The notes: a model not told the origin generated them from the sequence alone. A stretch of 64,000 bases of DNA from Azolla caroliniana (GCA_043228905.1 JBHGNT010000001.1:20088001-20152000), one strand, 5' to 3'; counted from the first letter of the stretch, positions 1 to 11,480 are shown. Translations and numbers: made by a program.

Positions 1-3000
1 CTTGTGGCATCACTTCGTATGTAGAGGGAGTTGTCCGATTTTGACATACGGAAGCCGATTTGATGAAGATATTGCGTTATCTTCGAATGCCAAGCACGCG
101 GTGCTTGCTTGAGGCCGTAGAGTGGCTTCTTGAGTCGGCAAACCGCTTTCGGATGGGTGCTCGAGTTGAAACCGGGTGGTTGGATCATGTACACTTCCTC
201 TTCTAATTCGCCTTGTAGAAAGGCGTTCTTGACGTCCATTTGATTGAGGTGCCACCCTTTCGCCGCGGCAATCACAATTACGGTCCGCACCGTCGTCATC
301 TTTTCCACCGGGGCAAAGGTCTCTTCGTAGTCGATGCCATACGTCTGAGCGTATCCTTTCGCTACGAGTCGAGCTTTGTAGCGGTTTATGGAGCCATCGG
401 GGTTATACTTCACCTTGTAGATCCATCTGCATCCGATCACCTTTTTGTGTGGTGAGGTGGGAACGAGATCCCACGTCTCGTTCTTCCGTAGTGCCTGCAT
501 CTCCTCGTTCATTGCTTCGATCCATCGTGGGTCCTTTGCGGCTTCCGAAAAGGTTTCCGGCTCCCGTACTGTCGCTACATTCATCATAAAGGCATAATGG
601 TACACCATATAGTCATTGTAGCCGAACCGGCTTACGGGGTTCTTTTCACGAGTGGATCGGCGGAGCTTTTCATTTGTAGAGATGAGGGCTTTCTTAGCTC
701 CGATTGGTACATCGAAGCCGCTGAACTCACTGTCAAGTGAGTGAGTCGATTCATCGTCGTCGAAGCGATCGTCTTCCTATTCCGCTATTTTTGCCTTGCC
801 TTTGTCCATCTTCGGGCTAGGCCGTGATGTGCTTTGATCGCTCAACGGCTCTTGTGGTCCGCTCAGTCGGGTCGTGATCGGACTTTCTTCAATCATGCGC
901 GTAGGGCAATCTTCATCCTCGATCTCTTGGTCGGTAGATTTCGGGTCGAGCGGAATCGGAGTCGGAGTTGTCTCTGGTGCGTACCAGGATGAGGACTCGT
1001 CAAAAACGATGTCTCGACTTACTCGAGATTTTCGAGTTAAAGGGTTGTAGCACTTGTACCCCTTTTGCTCCAATGAGTATCCTATGAGGATACATTTCTC
1101 CGACTTCGGGTCAAGCTTTTGACGCTTCTCGTCGGGGATGTGCACATACGCTATCGCTCCGAATATGCGGATGTGCGATAAGTCCGGCTTCTTTCCGAAG
1201 TGACCTCGTGCACGCCGGATGTTGTGCACCGGTTCATTAGGTAGACGACCGTATTTGCAGCTTCGGCCCAATATGACTTGGGCATATGCTTCTCGTTCAT
1301 CATGGCCTGTGCTACTTCGAGGATGTGCCGATTTTTGCGCTCAGCTACTCCGTTTTGTTGCGGAGTGTGTCGGCAAGTGAATTCTCGCCGAATTCCTTCC
1401 TTTCGGAGATACGCCGTGAAATCGTCCGAGAAGTACTCCTTGCCGCCATCCAATCGAAGTCATCGTACATGTCGGCCCGTGGCTTTCTCGACTTCATTCT
1501 TGAAGTTTTGGAAGTGTCCGAACACTTCGCTCTTTTGCCGCATCGGATAGATCCAAGTGTGCCTAGAACAGTCGTCGATGAAGAGTACGTAATATCGGCA
1601 TCCGCCGAATGTCGCCGTTTGGGCCGGACCCCATACATCGGAATGAATTACGTCGAGTATGCCTTTGTTCACATTCCGCTCCTTCGGGAATGGGTGTCGG
1701 TGTTGCTTGCCGAATTGGCACGCTTCGCATACACCTTCAATCTCCTTCTCTTTGAATGTCGGGAGTCCGATAACGGCTCCTTTCGATTTCATTGCTTTGA
1801 GTTTGTTGAGATTGATATGGCCGATTCGCTTATGCCATAGCTCTATGTCGGAGTCGGCTTTTGTCCTTTTCGCGAACATGGCGGATTTCATCTTGTGCAA
1901 ATCGAGAATGAACATCCGGCCCTCTCTTCTTCTGCGTGCGTTCATTCGGCCTTCTTTTTCGATGAAGCACCCTTCTTGGTAGAATCGTACTTGCATCCCT
2001 TGCTCAACCATTTGGCCGACCAAGACCAAATTCTTTGTGATGGTGGGAACATGCAAGACATTTTTAATGTATGTTTGCTTACCTCTTTCGCCGAACAGAA
2101 CATTGCCGATGTGCCGAATCGGGTGCGTAGTGTCATCTCTGGTTTCGACATAACTGGGTCGCTCCGGCTCTCGAAGTTCGAGAAACCATTCTTTGTGGAA
2201 TGTCATATGGTTTGAGGCTCCGGAGTCAACAAACCAAACGTCCTGCGGATTGAGGGCACTAGTTGAGGTAGAGGCCGACATAGAGTTTGCTCTATGTTTC
2301 ATCATGAACATTCCGCCACGGTCGGAGTTGTATGCGTACATTCCGCCACGATCCTCGTAGTCGGAGTTATGCCCGTACATTCCGCTATACTCTTTGTAGT
2401 CGGAATTGTGCGCGTAATTCGTGAGTTGTCGGCTTGTGGAAGCCGATTCACGCATCTTCTTTAGGCACTCTTCTTCATGGTGGCCGAGCTTTCCGCAATA
2501 TCCGCATTCGGTTGCGTTTTGACGGCTCAGGCCGGAGAGGAAGCTCCCCCTTCTTGTGAAGGTTCCTCGTTGGCCTCCGTTTTGCTGCCAAAATTGGGAG
2601 TTGTTGTCGTAGGTCGGACCTCGTCCGCCTTGTCCTTGGCCGAATCGGCCTCTCGCTCGTCCGCGTCCTCTTCCTCCATTAGAGTGCGTGTAGAGCATGT
2701 GGCCTTCCGACTCATTGCTCCTTGTATGCACGTGGTTTTCTTCGACCAATAGCATTGATTGGATCTCGAAGAAGGAGGGAGATTTCTCCTGTGCTAGAAC
2801 GGCGGTTCGCATCGCGCCGAACCGTGGTGCGAGGCCACCGAGGCATATTTGAACCATTTTATCATCATCTATACTTACGGTTATTGAGCCGAGCGAGTCG
2901 CAAAGCTCCTTGATCTTCAAGGTGTATGTCGTGATGGACATGTCCCTTTGTTGAATGTTGTTCAACTCTTGGCGGAGTTGAAGCTTTCTTGCGGTTGTGT

Positions 3001-3298
3001 TGGTGGCGAAAATCTTTCGTAGATTTTCCCACGCTTCCTTCGGCGTCTTGGCTTCTCGAATGTAACCGAGCATGTGGTCGTGAACACATGTCGCCAAACA
3101 ATACATCACGCAGCTTGTGGCTTGCTCCCATGTTGCGTATCCGGGAGCCGCTTCGGCGGGTCGGTCTTCATGCGCTCCTTTGATGCAGCTCCAATAGCCT
3201 TGTCCGACAAGGTATTGGTGCATCTTGTACTCCCAAGATGCGAAGTTGTTTCGATCCAACTTCTCGGTAGGGAGAGCGCTCCCCATTTGAGTATTCAT
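1..3298 (-). pseudogene. Copia gag-pol polyprotein, frameshifted and stopped (gag, CCHC knuckle, protease, GAG-pre-integrase, integrase, start of RT)
   Basis: ORF 1460-3298 contains CGYCGKLGHHEEEC, WFVDSGASNHM, LWHKRIGH and HSDVWGP. Downstream fragments contain PQQNGVAERKNR and SRDIVFDE. Confidence 0.93.
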
Positions 3299-3436
3299 TA
3301 TGTCGATTCTTCTTCTCTCTTCGAATGCGAGCTATGTAGCGATGCTATGATAGCTATGAGCCAGTTCTTGGTCGTCGGCGTAGATCACAACACACGATCA
3401 CCATGAGGCGAATGGGCTAGATCGAGCTACCAAATC

Positions 3437-3448
3437 GCTTTGATACCA
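3437..3448 (-). promoter_or_regulatory. PBS of A1 (tRNA-iMet type)
   Basis: Minus strand reads TGGTATCAAAGC directly after the LTR CA, one mismatch from the canonical TGGTATCAGAGC. Confidence 0.9.
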
Positions 3449-3506
3449 TGTAAAGAATCAAGAGATGGATTATTGTGTAGGAGAAGAGATTTGAGTTATG
3501 TGTGTG

Positions 3507-3571
<65 letters not shown>

Positions 3572-3865
3572 CACAGAGAATACGCAAGGTAAAAGTATAT
3601 TGACAAAGGAGAAAGACTCAACATTTTACAAGGTGGGAGGAGGGTGCTTTATGTAGTCACCCTCTCTCTTCATTAACTACAAGACTCATGGAGCATGGGG
3701 AATGTGAAAGCTCATAAGTTATGTGTCATAGAATATGATTCTATGACTCATACTAAATGCTAGAATACAAAGTGGTGACATAATGGTGACTCTTGACCGT
3801 TGGAGTGTCTCTTCACTCCCAAGGTGAGTTCACACACTAGACCAAGTTGAGCTTGATTCTCAACA
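3449..3865 (-). repeat. 5' LTR of copia A1, containing an (AG)n microsatellite at 3511-3569
   Basis: TGTAAAG...CAACA; matches 53279-53651 and 57580-57972. Confidence 0.95.
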
Positions 3866-4043
3866 CTTTCCTATTCTGAAGCTTCCAATCCGACTCCAAT
3901 AACCCCTTTGGTATTTCCAATTTGTCGATTGGCTTGTACAGGTCTTTTATAATGAGAAGGTCTTCCATCTTAATCTTCCAGTCTGCATAGTTCTGTGAAT
4001 TTAGAACCATCATACCCGGGAAGGCGCTCCCGCCTCCTTCCAT
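3866..4043 (-). pseudogene. N-terminal gag fragment of Tnt1/Tork-like copia T1, interrupted by A1
   Basis: LNSQNYADWKIKMEDLL is a typical copia gag N-terminus. It follows a PBS-like TGGTATTAGAGT at 4069-4058. Confidence 0.8.
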
Positions 4044-4072
4044 TTTCTGTGTTGCTCACTCTAATACCAGTT

Positions 4073-4213
4073 TGTAGGTCAAATCGTTGCCGTCCACAAC
4101 CGGTTGTACGTGTGCGAAATAATAGTCAATCTAATGGAAAGGGAAAACAGAATACAGAAACTGAGAATGACATAGACTTTTACGTGGAAACCTGAACTGG
4201 GAAAAAACCACGT
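4073..4213 (-). repeat. 5' LTR of copia T1, first part (split by gypsy B; the remainder is 16507-16870)
   Basis: Begins TG, 3 nt from the PBS, and contains the GTGGAAA...AAAAACCAC motif of the T-family LTRs. The LTR resumes after the CACGT duplication at 16502-16506. Confidence 0.85.
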
Positions 4214-4957
4214 TCTTACCAATTAGGAACACAGTTTGCGGTCAGTTCTTCGACCTAGACCTCCAAGTGATTGTGAAACAACGAATGGTGGCGTCTATGC
4301 GTAATACGTAGGGGAATGTTCCCCGTAACCTAGCAACGGATAAGGGAGACGGCTACAACTGACTCCTTATCAATGGTTACACACTCACGTTCTTACACTC
4401 TCAAGTATTCCAGATACATAGTAGATTAGCCGTAGCTATACACAGATTTTCAGAGAAGATAGGATTCTATTACGATACGCTTCTTTACATTCCAAAATTA
4501 CACGCTCCCTCTATCAGAGGTTTTCTGCCTGTCAGGAACAGTACTAAGACAGAGAAGGAATTAGTACTAAACGAAGGATTAGTACTATGAGAGGTGTAGA
4601 ACTTCTTTGAGAGAAGGAAGAAGTGAGCGAGACGGAGAGAAAGAGAGAGATCGAGAGAGGGAGAGAGTGATGATAAGAAAGATATGTATTATGTGAAGAG
4701 AATATACAATGGTGGCTAAAAGGCTTAAGACTGGCGTCGAACCGATTTGGTTCGAGATAATGCCTTGTGCCTCCTTTTATAGTGTTCTAAGGAATACTCC
4801 TGAAGTTTCTAGAATATTCCAGAGAATTCTGGAATATACATCAATTTTCTATAATAAAACAAAAATGAAAATAATATTCTACATATTACAATGTATAGTC
4901 TAATGGTCAAGAGCTCGACCCATGTATCGTAAGGTCATGGGTTCGAGTCTTGCCATA

Positions 4958-7900
4958 TCATGACACTATCCCCCCTTTAAAACGACAAGTGTCACGAGTT
5001 GTCTTGGATTTAGGACCCGGTTTGTGTGGATATTGACGATGGAAGTCTTCAAGAAGAGCACGAGCATTGGTCAGATTCTCGATCGGTTCCCAAGTACGTT
5101 CGCTGGGACTATAGCCTAGCCAATCAACTAGATAGTAGAGCTTGTTGCGAACAATCTTGGAATCAAGGATGGCGGCAACCTCGTACTCCGGCCCATCTTC
5201 AAGCTCGAACGGGGGTGGAGGTTGTATAAGACGTCCTGGGATGGTCTCATGATAGGGTTCGATGAGAGAACTATGAAACACCGGATGTATCCGAAGTTGA
5301 GGAGGTAGATCGAGACGAAAAGCGACATCATTAATCTTTCTGATAATATAGAAAGGACCTAATTGCCGATAATCCAACTTCTCACATGGGTGAGTAGTCT
5401 TGATGTGTCGTCGTAGCAGCCACACCCGATCTCCAATATTAAAACTGGATGGAAGTCAATGACGATCCGCGTAGACCTTGTGTGTTTGTTGAGCTTGCTG
5501 GAGATGAGTAGATAAATCCGCTTGTATCTTGCGTAACCGCTCCAAACGATCCTCCATGCATGAATTTGTGGACACCTCTGGGGTTTCAAGTACACTCCAC
5601 CGGGGGTGACATCCCGTATAAACATAAAATGGTGTAACTTTAGTGGATGCGTGGATAGAGTTGTTATAGGCAAATTCGGCGAAGTGGAGAATATCTGCCC
5701 AGTCATCCTGATGATAGTTGAGAAAGCACCGCAGATACTGCTCCAGCGTTTGATTTGTCCGTTCGGCTTGGCCGTCGGTTTGTGGGTGGTAGCCGGAGGA
5801 GAGGTTACAAGTGACCTTGAGCATGTTAAAAAGGTGCTTCCAGAATTTTGACACGAATTGGGGTCCACGGTCGCTGATGATACTATCGGGAAGTCCATGA
5901 TGCCGACATACTTCACGCATGACAATTTTGGCAGTGTCTTCACTGGAGATCTCCTTAGTACATGGCAAGAAATGAGCCATCTTCATATATCGATCGACCA
6001 CCGTTAGAATTGCATTGAACCCCTTAGAGACTGGAAGATCTGTGATGAAGTCTAGAGCAATGGATTGCTACGGCTTTCTTGGAATTGGTAATGGTTCTAA
6101 TAAACCATATGGATGATGCCTTGGCATTTTCGCTTTGCAGCATGTATCACAAGTCCGAACAAAATCCTCGACAAATTGTCGCATACAGGGCCACCAGAAT
6201 GATCGTTGTACTAAATCTAATGTTTTAGTACTACCAAAATGCCCAACTGTATATGTGTCATGACAGTTTTGTACTACTCGAAGGCAGCAAGAACCATTAG
6301 GAACATACAAAAGTTCTTTAAAGAAGAGTAATCCATCATGGTATTTGAATTTCCGATAGTCCGTACCTGGTGGTTGCGACTGTGAACACGACGCCCAAGA
6401 GGGATCAATTTGTGCTAGTATAGCTTGGGCGAACGCATTTGTCTTCAAGTCTTCACGTATGGTATTGATAACACGGGAATCCATGGGCATGTCAAAGATC
6501 TGTGTTGCTTGTAGTCGTGCCGGTCCCAAGATGACTTGTTTTTGGTTATCGAAAGCTGGCTCGCCGGGACAGGGTGCTAGATACGAACACCGTGATAATG
6601 CATCTGCTTTCCCTTGGTGCTTCCCCGGACAATATGTAATTTTGAAGTCGAAACGCGTGAGGAAGTGGGCCCACCGAGTTTGATGTCGATTCAACACACG
6701 AGCATCCTGAAAGTAGGCAAGGTTCTTGTGGTCCTAAATACAGTGATTGGATGAGAGGATCCCTCCAGAAAATGCCTCCATTGCATAAAAGAATCCACTA
6801 TTGCCAATAGCTCCTTATCATGAATTTCGTAGTTGATTTTGGCGGCATCAAACTTGCGTGAGTGAAAAGCCACAGGATGTAGCTTCTCATCATTCAAATG
6901 CCTTTTTAAGACTCTCGAAAGCCATGTCCATTTCTTCAGACCAGATGAACGGTTGTCCCTTCCTGGTAAGTTGTGTGAGAGGTAGAACGATCTTTGAGTA
7001 ATCTTGTATGAACTTCCAGTAAAAATTGGCAAAGCCTAGGAAGCATTGCACATCCCGCACCGAACGCGGAGTCTGCCATTCTACCACCGTTTTGACCTTA
7101 GTTGGGTCCATGGAGATGCCTTCTGACGAAATGATGTAGCCGAGAAATTCCACTTGGTTGCACCCGATACTACATTTTTCCAGCTTTGCATAAAAACCAT
7201 GTTCTCGAAGTCGTTTTAGTACTAATAGTACATGAGAATCATGTTCTTCTTGGGTCTTTGAATAAACCAGTAGATCATCCAAATAGATGATCAAACAATC
7301 ATCCAATAGATCTCGGAATATCATTAGCCATGTGCTAGAAGACCGCCGACGCATTAGTGAGGCCAAACGGCATGACCGTATACTCGAAGTGCCCATATCT
7401 GGTGCGAAACGCGGTCTTCCATTCGTCTCCTGGTCGGATCCGTACGAGGTTATATGCTCCCCGTAAGTCGATCTTCGTGAAGAACCTGGCACCATTGATC
7501 CGTTCTAAAAGACTTGAGATAAGGGGAAGAGCATATCTATTCCTGATTGTAACCTTATTCAAGCCACGGTAATCTACAACGAGACAAAGCGATCCATCCT
7601 TTTTCTTGACGAAGCAAATGGGCGCGCCAGCGGGAGATTTCGAATGCCGAATGAAACCATTTTCCAAATTCTCCTCTATATAGGCCCGAAGGACTTCCAG
7701 CTTGGTTGGTGACAAATTGTAGATCGGTCCCCATGGCAGCTCTTTTCCCGGTTGTAAATCGATGGGGCAATCGTACGGTCGATGATGAGGAAGTATGTTG
7801 GCTTGTACTTTATCGAACACATCGGCGTAATGACGATACTTCTCGGGAAGTTGAACGGTGGATTCTTCTTTAGTGGTGCTGGAGGGGTTTGCTGATATTG

Positions 7901-8441
7901 CAAAGAGGAACATTTCCTCCTTGTGCCCTTCTTTATGCAACTGACGTAGTGAGATGGTTGCCATCTTCTGAGTTGACCCTTGGGTTTGTCGACACCGGAT
8001 TTCTCTTGTTCTCCAATCTATGTCTGGGTTATGTAACTCGAACCACGGTAATCCTAAAACTATGGGATGTTCTAGGATACTAATAATATTAAATGATACT
8101 ACACATGCTAAGTTATCTAGGACAATATTAATGGGCTCTGATTCTTCTATGATATTTCCGGAAGCAATGGGACGTCCATCAATGACTACTACAGAGGTTG
8201 GACACTGGAGTTTTCTTAGGGATATCTTATGAGCTTGAGCAAATTTCTTATCCATAAAGCAAGAGTTAGCTCAGGAATCTAGGAGTGCTAGGACATGTAC
8301 TGGAGGGGTACTTTTAGTACGAACTATTACTTGGGCTATGAACACATCACTAACTTGCTTAGAGGGAATGGAACCACTAATGGGCTGCACAGATCTAGGG
8401 CTGTCCAACCAAACGGCTCCTATTTTGGCTGGACTTAGTCG
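4958..8441 (-). pseudogene. pol of chromovirus C: protease, RT, RNase H, integrase and group I chromodomain (disrupted)
   Basis: Motifs LLDS*A (GGA>TGA), [46 protein letters not shown], and chromodomain YEVAAILD...YLVDWLGY...TWEP. Confidence 0.93.
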
Positions 8442-9586
8442 TTTAACTCTTCTTCTAACTGACTAAGGACATCAAATTTGTCTGCTAGATCTGGGCTATT
8501 AGTACTATTAGGACTATCAGATATCCCTACTGAAATAGGCTCGGGTTTAGTACAATTAGAACTAGCGACTATTTGGTTTACCTTTCTTCTTGGCTTATGG
8601 GGGCAATTTATTGCAATATGTCCTGGTCCACTGTAGTAAAGACATAGTCGATTTGTACGGCATCGCTGCTTTTCTTCTTCGAATAATGGCCCTCGACAAC
8701 GTGTAGTGTCAATCTCCATCGGAGTCGGAGTATTCGCTGGAGGCGCATTATATGACTCCCTCGGAAAAGGTCTTGCTACCATTGAGGCATAGGTGGGCTC
8801 TAATCTTGCCCTCTACATCTGTAGCTGTCGTTCCGAACGTCGCTCAAAGAGGCGGTTGTCACATCTCACCGCGCGACTGATTGCTTCTGTTAAGGACTTT
8901 GGCTCTTCGGGGAAGGTCAAGAGTAAATCCTTGACGTCGTTGCGTAAACCATAACGGAATTGCTCCATCAACGCTTGATCATCCCAAGGGATATCGGCGG
9001 CGAGTAGGCGAAAATCTGCAGCGTATGCGGAGGCTGGACGGTCACCTTGGTGTAATCGCCGAATTTTGTTGATTGCGGTCCTGATGTTGTCAGTATCTCC
9101 GAAACATGCTTTAAACTCACCTAGAAACTCTTCAAAATTGTTGAGTAACGGAGATTCCTTTTCTAATAGTGGAGCGAACCATGCCAATGCTGAGCCACTT
9201 AACAAAGTGCCTACTAAACCCACTCGTGATGCATCGGTGGGATATTGGGAAGGATGCATTTGAATAACTAATCGTACCTGGTTAAGGAACCCTCTAAACT
9301 GCGATTGCGTTCCATCGAACTTTGTGGGAAGGCCAATCTTGGGTTCTTTATGAATCCCTTGTGTTCTGGGCCCTTGTTGTTGCATTGCTATGATGGTTGC
9401 TTCGGGTTGTTGCACGCGTAACGCAAGTTCCCCATGTTGTTGTTGCGTTTGCTCCTTTTCTAAGGAGATTTGCTGAAGATCCCCTAGCAACCGTTGGTTT
9501 TTTTGTTCCAAAGCATGGAACTTCTCTTTCAAGCATTGAAATTCCGAGAAAACAGATTGATATTCTTCAGCGCTAATAATGGCCAT
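8435..9586 (-). pseudogene. gag of chromovirus C (Ty3/PEG10-like capsid plus degenerate zinc knuckle; premature stop near 8813)
   Basis: PTKFDG...FLNQV...ALAWF...YAADFRLLA...FRYGL, followed by PMEID and CLYYSGPGHIAINCP. Confidence 0.9.
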
Positions 9587-9646
9587 GGGATGAAAGAAAA
9601 GAGGAATAAGAGATTAGTAGGAAATGAGAGAGACAGAAGGTAGGGA

Positions 9647-9658
9647 AAATCGGTTCAA
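9647..9658 (-). promoter_or_regulatory. Self-priming PBS of C
   Basis: Minus strand TTGAACCGATTT, 2 nt from the LTR, is the exact complement of LTR positions 9879-9868, which start 33 nt downstream of the first T of TATAAAA (9912-9906). Confidence 0.8.
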
Positions 9659-10228
9659 ACTGTCAGGAATAGTACTAAGACAGAGAAGGAATTAGTACTA
9701 AACGAACGATTAGTACTATGAGAGGTTTAGAACTTCTTTGAGAGAAGGAAGAAGTGAGCGAGACGGAGAGAAAGAGAGAGATCGAGAGAGGGAGAGAGTG
9801 ATGATAAGAAAGATATGTATTATGTGAAGAGAATATACAATGGTGGCTAAAAGGCTTAAGACTGGCGTTGAACCGATTTGGTTCGAAATAATGCCTTGTG
9901 CCTCCTTTTATAGTGTTCTAAGGAATACTCCTGAAATTTCTAGAATGTTCTAGAGAAATCTGGAATATACATCAATTTTCTATAATAAAACAAAAACGAA
10001 AATAATATTCTACGTATTACAATGTATAGTCTAATGGTCAAGAGCTCGACCCATGTAGCATAAGGTCATGGGTTCGAGTCTTGCAATATCATGACACTAC
10101 CCTTTATATATGCAAGGTCTTTTTAGCCGTTCACACTTCCTGCGTGAACCGTTACATGTGTTATGATATTATATTATTTCTTATTCCTACGCTCTTGTCC
10201 GTCGGTTACTATTCCGACGGACAACACC

Positions 10229-10245
10229 TGGCACGCCTATGGGAC
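10229..10245 (+). promoter_or_regulatory. Inverted PBS-like motif at the PPT position of B
   Basis: TGGCACGCCTATGGGAC lies 2 nt from the 3' LTR, with no purine tract present. Confidence 0.75.
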
Positions 10246-10462
10246 AGTGCCCTGGCACGTCGGACCCATCCTGATAATCTTCTTCCAAAATGGCCCGGAT
10301 GTTTGGCTTTTCTACGGTGTTCGCGTCCGGAGGCGACGTAGGGCCCGTAGGTGCATCGTGGTGTGGTTCCCTTGTTTGGTCGGGATGGCTTCTCTTGGTG
10401 TCGCGGTCGTTCTGTGTGGGCGGTCCGGGTATGATGGGCTCTTCTTGAGTTAGTGGGTTGGG

Positions 10463-10898
10463 CTAAACCATCGTCGTGCTTGCAATCGGCCGCGGCTCTG
10501 TCTCAATCGTCACTTCCTCTTTGGTTTCGGCTGTCGTTGTACGCTCCGGGGAGTGGGGTTGTGATTCTGCCTGGCCCGCAACGTTCTCCGTGTGGTCCGC
10601 TGATAGCGTGGGTTCCTGCGGATGGAGCTCCTCTTGGGCAGCGGTTTCGCTGTTTGGTACTGTGGGGGACTCCGCTTGTCGTTCCACGCTGTTCACCGTC
10701 GTTGTAATTTTTGGTGATCTGGCCTGAGGTTCCTCTTCTTCGGCCGTGCCCGGAATTGGCGTCGCGATGGATTCCTCATTTGTTCGCGAGCTGCTGGCTT
10801 CTGTGATCTTGTGAAATAGCTCCTCCTGGCTTTCACCAAAATCATCTAAGAGCTGCGCAAGTTCTTCGGAATGTTGGTCCACTAGCGCACGATAGTCT
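10463..10898 (-). pseudogene. C-terminal remnant of the extra 3' ORF of B
   Basis: DQHSEELAQLLDDFGESQEELFH is identical to a segment of ORF 33344-33931 of element E. Confidence 0.8.
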
Positions 10899-10919
10899 TG
10901 TCAATCACCCGCTTGTCAC

Positions 10920-11480
10920 TGTTACCATGGCCAATTGTTGTGGACTTTCCCGCATCAGCCATGGCCAAAAGCAACATCTCTTATATGTATATTCTCCTTC
11001 CCCATGACTGCAAATACCAAGAAATAGTAGAACAAGGTAGATGGAGAGAGACACACACATATTCAGAAATGCAAAGACAGTGAGGGAGGGAGTGACTTCC
11101 TCTCAAAGGAGGGTAGTCCCACCGTGCGTGCCAAAAGTGTTGATGGGTGGGGGGTGAAACCTAGAATGGCTTCACCCCCCTCCCAAGGGGGTTAAGTTAA
11201 AGAGAGAGCTAGAGAGAAAGAAAAATAGGAAATGACACCAAATGAGAGGGGAAAAAACTATCTCTCATTACATGCCCCATAAGGGGTTTATATAATACAT
11301 AATGTAACGGTAAATAATATGTCCGTTACAAAAAGAGACCGTTACATTCTTGTCACATGCACATAATTGTGCATGTGCTCACACATAGTCATTCTCACAC
11401 TCCTATACATTACACATACTGAACAACCCCTTTAACGTGTTTTACCCTTATACCGCCCCGTACAACTCCTACGGGTAACA
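10920..11480. mobile_element. Orphan LTR-like sequence of a family not otherwise seen in the window
   Basis: Termini TGTTACC...GGTAACA, GA-rich tracts and TTTATATA. It interrupts B and has no clean TSD. Confidence 0.6.

Larger units (their letters stand above)
1..3865 (-). mobile_element. Ty1/copia LTR retrotransposon A1 (5' LTR plus gag-pol; 3' part runs off the window start)
   Basis: The LTR at 3449-3865 (TG...CA) is near-identical to the A2 LTRs. An iMet-type PBS adjoins it, and the domain order on the minus strand is gag-PR-IN-RT. Confidence 0.95.
4530..10096 (-). mobile_element. Full-length chromovirus C (Tcn1/Tf1-sushi-like Ty3/gypsy), inserted in the 3' LTR of B
   Basis: 436-bp LTRs at 4530-4965 and 9661-10096 (TGTCA...TGACA). 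TSD is CTGCC/CTACC. PPT AAAGGGGGGATAG lies at 4978-4966. Domain order is gag-PR-RT-RH-IN-chromodomain. Confidence 0.96.

Noticed and set aside
4889-4965. Functional tRNA gene
   Set aside because: The acceptor, anticodon and T stems do not pair properly. It is kept only as a tRNA-like promoter module.
8813-9586. PEG10/RTL-like domesticated gene
   Set aside because: It is the gag of element C, lying between paired LTRs with a TSD and carrying a premature stop.
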